Under the pieces are notes generated by a model. That model had not been told where the DNA came from. It did no database searches and worked only from the letters and a program-made list of their open reading frames with translations. Below, piece after piece: positions 26,693 to 34,956 of a stretch of 38,641 nt of DNA (positions within the stretch are counted from its first letter, which is position 1; each line of letters starts with the position of its first letter). The DNA is from Ferroacidibacillus organovorans (GTDB lineage Bacteria; Bacillota; Bacilli; Alicyclobacillales; SLC66), in the NCBI RefSeq assembly GCF_001642725.1, contig NZ_LSUQ01000023.1, positions 1-38,641 of the forward strand, in the 5' to 3' direction. The translations under genes and the position numbers were made by a program.

Positions 26693-28213
26693 GTGACAAA
26701 CGACAACGAACACCACAAGAACACCACGTCGAAAGTTTGGGTCATGGTCACCGTTATGTTGGCCATGGTGTTGGCAGCGCTCGACATGACAATTGTCGGA
26801 ACTGCCATGCCAAGCATTATTAATGACCTGCACGGACTTGCAACGTACAGTTGGGTCTTTTCAGCCTACTTACTCACGTCGACTGTCCCCGTTCCTATCT
26901 TCTCAAAACTGGCCGATATGTACGGTCGCAAGCGCCTGTTTCTGATTGGCGCCGGCATTTTCACGATCGGCTCACTCCTTTGCGGAGTCGCTGTTACCAT
27001 GCCCCAACTGATCGCCTTTCGGGCGATTCAAGGCCTTGGCGCTGCAGGGGTTCTCCCTATCGCTCTAACCATCATCGGAGATGTCTTCACCATGGAACAG
27101 CGTGCGCGTATCCAAGGTTTCTTTTCAGCCGTCTGGGGAATCTCAGCAGTCGTGGGACCGCTGCTCGGCGCTGTCATCGTTGAATACACCAATTGGCGAC
27201 TTGTTTTTTATTTGAATGTCCCCATCGGCATTCTCGTCATGATTGTATTGGCACTCTCGTTCAAAGAGCGTAAAAGCGTCACAAAGCATCGACTCGACTG
27301 GCTTGGCACGATTCTCCTTTCTGCAGGTGTGACCCTACTCTTACTCACACTTGTGCAAGACTCGAGTCACCTACTCTCGCCATCGGCGATTGCAATGTTC
27401 ACGTTGGTTCTTGCCTGCCTTATCGCATTTGCATGGTGGGAACGTCGCGCCACTGAGCCTGTGTTACCCAGCATCTTGTTTCAACACCGCATGCTTCTCG
27501 TCGCAAACGGTGTTAATCTTTTTGCGGGGGCCGTGATGTTTGGCTTAATCTCGTACCTGCCACTTTTTGTACAAGGCGTTGAAGGTGGCTCACCGACACT
27601 CGCGGGTCGCGCGATTACACCGATGCTTATTGGTTGGCCACTCGCGGCACTCGTTGCAGGCCCCTTTCTTTTGCGCGTCGGATTTCGCATCATCGGTATC
27701 GTAGGGGGGCTTTTGATCGCCGTCGGATCAGCCATTCTCGCTGCTGCCTTGAACAGCGGCCAAGTCACGGTAGACGGCGCACTCTTCCTGATCGGCGTCG
27801 GGATGGGTCTTTCACTGACAGGGCTGCTCATTGCAGCACAAAATGCCGTTCCGTGGAATGTGCGAGGCGCAGTCACGGGCTCAAGTCAATTCTTTCGCAC
27901 GATCGGAGGCTCTATCGGCGTGGCGCTGATGGGCGCTATTTTAAACGCACAATTGACCACTCGTGCGATCGCGACGCACGCAGCGACGAACCCGTCGCTC
28001 ATCACGGAATCCCTGCTCTCTGCAAATGTGCGCGCCATGTTGCCAAACTCCGTGTTGACCACGTATGTACACATCTTGAACGGATCACTTCGCGATGTAT
28101 TTATCTCTGGATTCATTTTTTCACTCGCTGTCGCAGTACTTGTTCTGCTGATTCCAAGTAAGCGCACAGAACCCAAGACTTCTTCTCAAAGCGTTCATCA
28201 GATGTCATCTTAA
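26693..28213 (+). CDS. MFS DHA2 (EmrB/QacA, 14-TM) efflux transporter
   Basis: LDMTIVGTAMP, KLADMYGRK, GPLLG and WRLVFYLNVPIG motifs. Confidence 0.95.
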   Translation: MTNDNEHHKNTTSKVWVMVTVMLAMVLAALDMTIVGTAMPSIINDLHGLATYSWVFSAYLLTSTVPVPIFSKLADMYGRKRLFLIGAGIFTIGSLLCGVAVTMPQLIAFRAIQGLGAAGVLPIALTIIGDVFTMEQRARIQGFFSAVWGISAVVGPLLGAVIVEYTNWRLVFYLNVPIGILVMIVLALSFKERKSVTKHRLDWLGTILLSAGVTLLLLTLVQDSSHLLSPSAIAMFTLVLACLIAFAWWERRATEPVLPSILFQHRMLLVANGVNLFAGAVMFGLISYLPLFVQGVEGGSPTLAGRAITPMLIGWPLAALVAGPFLLRVGFRIIGIVGGLLIAVGSAILAAALNSGQVTVDGALFLIGVGMGLSLTGLLIAAQNAVPWNVRGAVTGSSQFFRTIGGSIGVALMGAILNAQLTTRAIATHAATNPSLITESLLSANVRAMLPNSVLTTYVHILNGSLRDVFISGFIFSLAVAVLVLLIPSKRTEPKTSSQSVHQMSS

Positions 28214-28228
28214 CTTCCACCCTCTTCT

Positions 28229-28278
28229 GGCTCGACCTTCTATGTCCTTCACGGACAAGACCGGTCGAGCCGATTTTT
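28229..28278 (+). terminator. Probable intrinsic terminator after the MFS gene
   Basis: GGCTCGACC...GGTCGAGCC stem with inner TGTCC/GGACA pairing, followed by ATTTTT. Confidence 0.6.
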
Positions 28279-28384
28279 AAACTACGTTATCTTGTTAATC
28301 GATAAAGCTGTTTCAACCCACGGATAGAATCACTTGTATTTATCCTCTGTTTTTCGTACTATAATTTATGAATCGCGATAATTT

Positions 28385-28468
28385 CATATTGGCAAACCTA
28401 TCGAAAGATAGGGACGCAAAGCTACGGGTCTAAGGGCTGTCGCCTATGATCGCCGGGTTGCTGCCAGT
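28385..28468 (+). ncRNA. Cyclic di-GMP-I (GEMM) riboswitch
   Basis: GGCAAACCUAUC-GAAA-GAUAGGGACGCAAAGCUACGGGUCUAA...AUGAUCGCCGGGUUGC with G20 and C92 equivalents present. A hairpin plus U-tract follows at about 28488-28518. Confidence 0.93.
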
Positions 28469-28544
28469 TCACTGAGCATACCCGACATCCCTATAAATTT
28501 AATGGGGAATTATTTTTATGACAAACGGGAGCAGGTGAGCCGGT

Positions 28545-30386
28545 ATGTTAAAATCCATTTTTAAGTATTTCCAGCATGATCAAAAGAATAGTAACAATCA
28601 AGTTGCGGAGAATCCCCCGGCACAGCCCCTTCCCATTCCTTCGCCCAATTCATCATCTATTGACGGTTATGCATATATAGAGAATAACAAACTTGTTGTC
28701 GTCGACCCTAAAAATTACGGATTTTATGCAACGGTCATCGTTCCAGACGATGATCGACTGGAATTTAGGATCGACGGGAAAAAAACCATTGGTGAAGTTG
28801 TCGTCAGTGAACTCTATCAAATTGACGTGGTTACTCGTGGAAGAGAGCCTTCCACAAAACGATTCACGAGAGTTTCCGAAGATAAGCTCTCCGTCTCAGC
28901 GATTGTTCAGATTGAGACTGGAAGCAGCGTCATGCTATCCAATAGCCGACCCTCTTTGCAAACAGAACTTGTGATTGAAGAGTATGCAGAGGAACGAGAA
29001 GTTGAACCTGTTTCACCCTATGCGATTTTAACCTTACTCAAAGAACAAAACTTCCACGGAGAGATCGATTACTCTGCGATCCATCGATTATGCCAACTGT
29101 CAACCTCAGGTGAAGAAGTTGTTCTAAGAGGGATTGCTCCCAGCCAAGGGGAACCTGATCACCTAAACCAGATAAACCTCCCCGTTGAGAAAGATGATGA
29201 ATTACGTTTGACACACCCATCCCTCATTACGGCAGGAACCATTATCGTCGATCAACAATTGGGAAAAGAAGGAACTCCAGGACGAGATGTTTATGGGTTT
29301 GAGATTCCTGCCTCACAAAATGTCAAACCTCTCACGCTTGGGCAAGGTGTCATACGAGTAAATACACACATCGTAGCGGCAAAAAACGGTAGGCTCATCT
29401 TCTCAAAGCAGCGAATTGACGTCGTCTCTGAATGTGTTGTCGATCACGATGTAACCTCAGCAGACGGAAAAATCGTATTTGATGGAAATGTCATTGTAAA
29501 AGGCTCTGTACTTGATGGTGCACACATTCACGCAACAGAATCTGTTATCGTTTACGGAGATGTTTTTCACTCCACAATCTATGCCGAACAGGATGTCATC
29601 GTAGCGAGAACGATTCATAATTCAAAGGTTTGGGCAGGAAACTTAAAAACCATTTACAGCGACTTGAGTCCACTGCTTCTGCGAATGATCTCAGGTCTTG
29701 AGAAATTAAAGGAAGAGTATTTGTTGATGAAATCGCATGTACTAAAACGTTATGATGCACATGCCGTATTACCAAAAATCTCTTCCGTCCTTCTTGAAAA
29801 ACGGCATGTTGACTTACTGGATGATCTAGAGTTTTTCGTAAAAGAGTATCAAAACCACCTTTCCATCGATCGCGAATATCAATCCTTATCGGAATTGCTA
29901 TGTACGAAGTGGAAGGAAGTACAGCTTACCCCACTCTTAGAAGAAGATATTCAGAACTTACTCTCTAAGATGAAGGATTATCATGACCGAATTGTAAAAA
30001 TCACTCCCGGCATCTCGGTTATCCGTGTCTCCAATGCTATCTCTTCTTATCTGAATTCATACGGAAATATTTTCATTACGGATAAAGGATGTTTTTCAAG
30101 TAACCTTGAGAGCAAAAAGGCGATCGCCATACGCGGAAGTTTACGCGGTGGATTTGCAACGGCATACCATGCTGTATCCGTCGGTGAGTTGGGAAATTCA
30201 TATGGAATGGAGAGCAGCGTTCGCGTCACCAGCTTATCAGGAATGATTAAAATTGCACTGCGTCACTCCAATACGCTCGTTGAATTATGCGGTAAACGTG
30301 ATCGATGTTATTCAGAAGAAAATAATCTTTATTTAAGGGGCGATACGATCAATGATCAAAATCCTGTTAGTCGACGATTATCCTGA
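28545..30386 (+). CDS. FapA/DUF342 family protein
   Basis: VSEDKLS, GKEGTPGRDVYG, AAKNGRL and beta-helix DVTSADGKIVFDGNVIVKGSV, LRGG motifs. Confidence 0.85.
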   Translation: MLKSIFKYFQHDQKNSNNQVAENPPAQPLPIPSPNSSSIDGYAYIENNKLVVVDPKNYGFYATVIVPDDDRLEFRIDGKKTIGEVVVSELYQIDVVTRGREPSTKRFTRVSEDKLSVSAIVQIETGSSVMLSNSRPSLQTELVIEEYAEEREVEPVSPYAILTLLKEQNFHGEIDYSAIHRLCQLSTSGEEVVLRGIAPSQGEPDHLNQINLPVEKDDELRLTHPSLITAGTIIVDQQLGKEGTPGRDVYGFEIPASQNVKPLTLGQGVIRVNTHIVAAKNGRLIFSKQRIDVVSECVVDHDVTSADGKIVFDGNVIVKGSVLDGAHIHATESVIVYGDVFHSTIYAEQDVIVARTIHNSKVWAGNLKTIYSDLSPLLLRMISGLEKLKEEYLLMKSHVLKRYDAHAVLPKISSVLLEKRHVDLLDDLEFFVKEYQNHLSIDREYQSLSELLCTKWKEVQLTPLLEEDIQNLLSKMKDYHDRIVKITPGISVIRVSNAISSYLNSYGNIFITDKGCFSSNLESKKAIAIRGSLRGGFATAYHAVSVGELGNSYGMESSVRVTSLSGMIKIALRHSNTLVELCGKRDRCYSEENNLYLRGDTINDQNPVSRRLS

Positions 30387-30780
30387 GACGCTTGAAGCGC
30401 TCTCGCAATTGTACGAACTGCATTCAAATGTAAAAATTGGGGGATGCGCTCTGAATGGAGCAGAGCTCTTTAAAATTCTTGAAAAGGATAACACATTTGA
30501 TATCATTTCCATCGATATTCAATTAGGGAAAGAAAACGGACTTCAACTTTGTGAAGAAATTTACCAAAAATATCCAAATTCTTTCATTTTAATGTGCTCA
30601 CTAGAAGCGAGTGAAGCAAATCAAAAAGAAGCAATTCGTGCAGGTGCATCTTATTTTTTAGCTAAACCGATTTCTTCTACCTCTATTCGAAAAGTGATTG
30701 AAGTTTATAAAGCTACAAGAATGAAACGGGCATTTCCCGAACAATTCGATCATTGGGTCGATGATCTTTTAATCAAGTAA
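30352..30780 (+). CDS. Single-domain response regulator receiver (CheY/Spo0F-like)
   Basis: ILLVDD, phospho-Asp in ISIDIQL, ENGL, CS and FLAKP motifs; no output domain. Confidence 0.92.
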   Translation: MIKILLVDDYPETLEALSQLYELHSNVKIGGCALNGAELFKILEKDNTFDIISIDIQLGKENGLQLCEEIYQKYPNSFILMCSLEASEANQKEAIRAGASYFLAKPISSTSIRKVIEVYKATRMKRAFPEQFDHWVDDLLIK

Positions 30781-30811
30781 ACTATTTCTGCAATCCAATT
30801 GCAATTTTGAA

Positions 30812-32278
30812 TTACGTTTGAAACAGTTCAAAAAAACGCTCCACAACGGTTTCGTCATACCGCATACCACATTGACTAGCGAGTTGGTGTAGACACTCAT
30901 CGTGCGTTTTTTGATGGATCGTGACTCCTTGTGTATACGCGTCAACAACACTCAAAACTTTCGCTAAAAAATTAATATCATTGGCCTGTTTTCCTTGGGG
31001 AAATCCTGATCCATCGAGAAGCTCATGGTGGTCGATAATGATGTCGATTACACATTGATCCAATTGGATCGTTTGTGCCATACTCACACTCAGCCATGGA
31101 TGCTTTTTATATTGTTCATAAGCTTGAACCGATCGATCGGGGTTTAGCACCAACTCGTGCTCTAATGCAGTTAATCCATAGTCTGCCAATCGCGCGGCGA
31201 GAATGAGACGATCTTTTTCAGTGTTTGACAAACCCAATTGATCTGCGAGCAATTTTACATAGTGAACTCGAACATCCAACAATGTAGAAATTTTTTTATC
31301 AATAAGTTCTTGAGAATTGATGGCATCGAGGATCGTAAGAAAAAGACGAATTTCTTGAAGAGAAATTCCATTTAAATCCGTGCCATCAGGGGTATCTGTG
31401 CAACTCGCTGACAACTCCATCCATTCCGTCACTTCAGAGTCAATATCCTGCCACTGTCTCCACATTCCTAATTGCCCAAAAAATAATTGAGCTTTCTCGT
31501 TTAGGCGAATTGCCAAATCCACCTCATGAAAGTGCATGGAGATTTGAGCTAACAGATGACATAAACGAGCAATTTCCTCTTTATCATAATTGATAATTCT
31601 GGACCAAACGAGACGAAGCGCTGCCTCTGCGTTATGAATACCTTCATGAATACGGCCTCTTAAGAGATTCATTCTCCCCATTTCAGAGATAATATCCATG
31701 TGCTGATCACCAGATATTGTGAAGGCACGGTTCAAATACTCCTCCGCCTGCTCAAAGTCTCCATTCTCTAGGTAGGCCAGCCCCAAATTGTTATAAAGAT
31801 CTGCGATGTATCCCTCTGAATCTTTAACCAAAGAAAAAAATTCTAAACTTTTATGAGCGCTGATCATCGATTGATCGTAAAAACCGTGAATGCCTTGAAC
31901 CGCAGAAAGGTTAAGGTACAAAAGACCACGTGTCTGAGCCGATATTTCATCTTTAAACTCAAGTAATTGATTGAGGTAGCGATAACTGGTATCAAACTCC
32001 GAAAGTCGTCGGTAGGCAACTGCGAGATGAACATGATACTTAACCCAGGCGTCTTTGCTGTGTGCGCATGAAATTGCTGATAAAAAAAGCCCGACAGACC
32101 GCTTATAATCTGTTAAATAAATCGATAATTTTCCTTGTTCATCATAAAACTCTCCCTTATTTTCATTATTTTGATCCTCTGACGTATGCTCTAAATTTCG
32201 CAGTTCATCAAGCGCTGCGTGAAAGAGGCCATTGGAAATGAATGCTTTCGCTTTATGTAAACGCTCTCCCCAATTCAC
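30812..32278 (-). CDS. TPR-repeat protein fused to a degenerate HD-GYP domain
   Basis: TPRs such as ADLYNNLGLAYLENGDFEQAEEYLNRA; C-terminal LADYG, KHP and HHELLDGSGFP. GTG start at 32278 after an AGGAG RBS. Confidence 0.85.
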   Translation of the reverse strand: MNWGERLHKAKAFISNGLFHAALDELRNLEHTSEDQNNENKGEFYDEQGKLSIYLTDYKRSVGLFLSAISCAHSKDAWVKYHVHLAVAYRRLSEFDTSYRYLNQLLEFKDEISAQTRGLLYLNLSAVQGIHGFYDQSMISAHKSLEFFSLVKDSEGYIADLYNNLGLAYLENGDFEQAEEYLNRAFTISGDQHMDIISEMGRMNLLRGRIHEGIHNAEAALRLVWSRIINYDKEEIARLCHLLAQISMHFHEVDLAIRLNEKAQLFFGQLGMWRQWQDIDSEVTEWMELSASCTDTPDGTDLNGISLQEIRLFLTILDAINSQELIDKKISTLLDVRVHYVKLLADQLGLSNTEKDRLILAARLADYGLTALEHELVLNPDRSVQAYEQYKKHPWLSVSMAQTIQLDQCVIDIIIDHHELLDGSGFPQGKQANDINFLAKVLSVVDAYTQGVTIHQKTHDECLHQLASQCGMRYDETVVERFFELFQT

Positions 32279-32282
32279 GTTC

Positions 32283-32954
32283 TCACTCCTGATATACGGG
32301 TACTTGAATGATAAATGTACTCCCTTGCCCAATGCTAGAATGGATTTCCAATGTTCCTCCTAAATAGGCTGCTCTTTCTTTCATCCCGATGATTCCGTAA
32401 TGACCGGGAGGTGTATAACTCGTATCAAAGCCGATCCCATTGTCTTTAATGTCTACCACAAGATCACCTCCATTTTTTGAAATTAACACATCAATCGTTC
32501 TCGCTTTTGCGTGTTTCTTCACATTGTTAAGGATTTCCTTGATGAGTCGATAAATCGCCACCTGTTTTGCAGGCGCAATTTCACTAGAAAAAACGATCTC
32601 ATCCATTGTCATGAGAATGGGGATGCTCCAATTCTTCTCCAATTGTTTGCAGAGTTCCTTAACTGCTTCGAATAATCCAATTTCATCAATGGCAATCGGT
32701 CGTAGATCATAGATGAGATGCCGTATTTCATTCACAACAGCGCCCACTCTTTTGTGCAACTGATTTACCTGTACCTTAGCCATTTCCGGGTGACTGTCAA
32801 TCATTTGTTCAATAACATCGAGTTTCATACTGATATTTGTTAAAACTTGTGCAGGGCCGTCATGCAAATCTCGCGCGATTCTTCGCCGCTCTTCTTCAAG
32901 AATCCATATCCCGTGATCCATCTGATCATAGACAGGCAACGTAGGTTTTTCCAT
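32283..32954 (-). CDS. Cytoplasmic HisKA_3 (DegS-like) histidine kinase with no sensor domain
   Basis: EERRRIARDLHDGPAQ H-box about 20 aa from the N-terminus, N-box ILNNVKKHA, DNGIGF, GHYGIIGMKER. Confidence 0.92.
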   Translation of the reverse strand: MEKPTLPVYDQMDHGIWILEEERRRIARDLHDGPAQVLTNISMKLDVIEQMIDSHPEMAKVQVNQLHKRVGAVVNEIRHLIYDLRPIAIDEIGLFEAVKELCKQLEKNWSIPILMTMDEIVFSSEIAPAKQVAIYRLIKEILNNVKKHAKARTIDVLISKNGGDLVVDIKDNGIGFDTSYTPPGHYGIIGMKERAAYLGGTLEIHSSIGQGSTFIIQVPVYQE

Positions 32955-32972
32955 ATGAGATCATCCATTTCC

Positions 32973-33005
32973 AAGAAAAATAGGAGGGGAATCCATCCCC
33001 CTCCT
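32973..33005 (-). terminator. Intrinsic terminator/attenuator between the peptide gene and the kinase
   Basis: Minus strand reads AGGAGGGGGA-UGGA-UUCCCCUCCU-AUUUUUCUU. Confidence 0.75.
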
Positions 33006-33020
33006 TCGATCTTTTTACAA

Positions 33021-33233
33021 TTATAACGCCGTTCTCCAACCGTCATGCGTCATCTTGCTGGTTGTTCCTGTCGCAGAGCGATGCGATTGCCCCTGAGCAC
33101 TGCCGGCATTTGATCCCATCGCCGTCGGTTTACCAGTACTACCACTAGAATGAATGACGTTTGCAAATGCAGGTGCTACATTTAAAGCGACTGCGACAGC
33201 GATCGTAGACAATGATATTACGAGTTTCTTCAT
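33021..33233 (-). CDS. Small secreted (pro)peptide, 70 aa
   Basis: MKKLVISLSTIAVAVALNVAPAFA Sec signal with an AxA site, G/S/T-rich linker, C-terminus KMTHDGWRTAL; AAGAGGGG RBS; first gene after the riboswitch. Confidence 0.8.
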   Translation of the reverse strand: MKKLVISLSTIAVAVALNVAPAFANVIHSSGSTGKPTAMGSNAGSAQGQSHRSATGTTSKMTHDGWRTAL

Positions 33234-33261
33234 GACGATCATCCCCTCTTATCGGTTGGGT

Positions 33262-33350
33262 TCCGGCAACTCGGCCACCATAACACGTTAATCCATGTGT
33301 AGTAGGCCCGTAGCTTTGCGTCCCGATCTTTCGATAGGTTTGCCCGGTTA
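33262..33350 (-). ncRNA. Cyclic di-GMP-I (GEMM) riboswitch
   Basis: Minus strand reads GGGCAAACCUAUC-GAAA-GAUCGGGACGCAAAGCUACGGGCCUA...AUGGUGGCCGAGUUGCCG. Confidence 0.93.
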
Positions 33351-33355
33351 GCAAA

Positions 33356-33384
33356 ACTATTGCATATCCTCTTTGTGAAGTCAA
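33356..33384 (-). promoter_or_regulatory. sigA-like promoter for the riboswitch-peptide-kinase-TPR operon
   Basis: Minus strand reads TTGACT-N17-AATAGT with a TG extended -10. Confidence 0.5.
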
Positions 33385-33494
33385 TCTAACGAAATGTGGC
33401 CACTCCCTGCGCTCGGATAACAAACCCTAGAACTGGGGTATACTTCAATGATCCCATTCGATTCAGCAAAATCTCTCATTCGAGGTACTCTTCT

Positions 33495-34445
33495 GTGATC
33501 CGTACACTCTTGATTTCATCAGATCATAAAAGTCGCATCGATCATTACCCAACATCGCCAAAATCTGGGGAGTGGGGATGGTTACTCGCGTCATCGTGCA
33601 CGAGCGACGAGTGGACTGCGCTTTGCGACGAGTATCCATTGCATCCTGAAGAAATTAGAAAACTGACAACGTCTAGCGAATCAGGGTTGCGTTTTACGGT
33701 GAGCAGAGACCATATTTCCTTTATCATAACCTACCCCCATCCACCGATTGAATCATCAGCAAAGCCGCAGTTTTCAAATGCGCTTGTTGTTCTTCACGAG
33801 AAGTGGATGCTTGTCATCGGCGAAAATCAAATGCCAAATGCCGAGTCTCTGTTTCACGAGATGGAACTTCAAACCTACGATCACAAGCATCTGACATCCC
33901 ACGCACTCTCCCATCTCGATCAATTTGTCATCAGTGCCTACGCCGCGCTCGTCGAACCGATCGTGGCGCAGGCAGAAGAGGTGACAGACCATCTCAATCA
34001 TCGCGGAGAACTCTTTGAGCAAATTCGCACGTTACGCCATCAGGCGCGATGTGTCCTTTTGCCGCTTCGCGCACAGGCACGGATCTCGCAACTCTTGAAT
34101 GACGCAGCTCTCCCTTTCCTGACCGGATTACACAATATCTACTTTCTCGACGCGGCAGATCAGATGCATGGCTTGGCGGATCAACTGGCGGCCGTCCGCG
34201 ACAATCTCCTGGAATCCGTTGAAGGGTACACGTCCATTCAATCAAACCACATGAACAAAGTCATGAAAACCCTCACCATCGTATCGACGATTTTTTTGCC
34301 AGCAACCCTCATTGCAAGCATCTACGGGATGAATTTCCGTATCCCTGAATACGGTTGGAAATACGGTTACGCCTATTCCATAACACTCATGACGGCCATC
34401 GCCGTCCTATCGCTTTTGTTTATGCGCAAAAAAGGATGGTTTTAA
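33495..34445 (+). CDS. corA: CorA-family Mg2+/Co2+ transporter
   Basis: MNKVMKTLT, FLPATLIASIYGMNF and KKGWF motifs; GTG at 33495 after a GAGGT RBS. Confidence 0.92.
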   Translation: MIRTLLISSDHKSRIDHYPTSPKSGEWGWLLASSCTSDEWTALCDEYPLHPEEIRKLTTSSESGLRFTVSRDHISFIITYPHPPIESSAKPQFSNALVVLHEKWMLVIGENQMPNAESLFHEMELQTYDHKHLTSHALSHLDQFVISAYAALVEPIVAQAEEVTDHLNHRGELFEQIRTLRHQARCVLLPLRAQARISQLLNDAALPFLTGLHNIYFLDAADQMHGLADQLAAVRDNLLESVEGYTSIQSNHMNKVMKTLTIVSTIFLPATLIASIYGMNFRIPEYGWKYGYAYSITLMTAIAVLSLLFMRKKGWF

Positions 34446-34499
34446 AGCGCCGGGAGACACTGACAAAAGTACATCACACTGTAAAGGGAGAATGAATCC

Positions 34500-34862
34500 G
34501 TGTCCACGAAAAATCCATCGTCAAATAAATCAACACCCAAAGACGATAAAAAAGCAATTCATTTTCAAGTACAACAACAGTTGCAATTTGAACAGCAGAA
34601 ACTGCAAATCACGGACACATTGGGACAAGCCCTCCAGGAAATCCAGCAGGCAACCCAGTCGGAGAATACTCATCAATTGCCAAAAATCCAACAAAATCTG
34701 CAGATGGTCGCGCTACAAATGCAACAATTGCAACCTCCGAACACGCAACAGCCACAGATTCGGCAGCAGCTTGAACAGGTTCAGCAGCAGATTACTCAAG
34801 CCGCGCAAACGCTGAAAATGATTCACGATCTTTCTGCGAGTCACGATAGCTTTATAAAATAG
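34500..34862 (+). CDS. Gln-rich hypothetical coiled-coil protein
   Basis: AAAGGGAG RBS, GTG start, very Q-rich helical repeats. Confidence 0.7.
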   Translation: MSTKNPSSNKSTPKDDKKAIHFQVQQQLQFEQQKLQITDTLGQALQEIQQATQSENTHQLPKIQQNLQMVALQMQQLQPPNTQQPQIRQQLEQVQQQITQAAQTLKMIHDLSASHDSFIK

Positions 34863-34885
34863 GCCACAAGATCATCCGTTTAAAC

Positions 34886-34917
34886 AAAGGGGCGCCCCTA
34901 GAGACGCCTCTTTCTTC
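34886..34917. terminator. Probable terminator between convergent genes
   Basis: AAAGGGGCG...CGCCTCTTT stem followed by TCTTC. Confidence 0.5.
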
Positions 34918-34956
34918 AAACGAAGATATTTTTGCTCTCTGGATTCCTCACTGTGC

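Noticed and set aside
28385..33350. Riboswitches as 3',3'-cGAMP (GEMM-Ib) variants
   Set aside because: Both have G at the position-20 equivalent (GGCAAAC) and C at the position-92 equivalent, the c-di-GMP-specific pattern.
28300..33400. AT-richer cassette as a mobile element or prophage
   Set aside because: No integrase, transposase, tRNA or flanking direct repeats were seen; composition alone is insufficient.
33145..33494. ORF 33145-33423 (-) and the 33396 upstream start of corA
   Set aside because: The first overlaps the riboswitch and promoter and has no recognisable product; corA has a better RBS-linked GTG at 33495.
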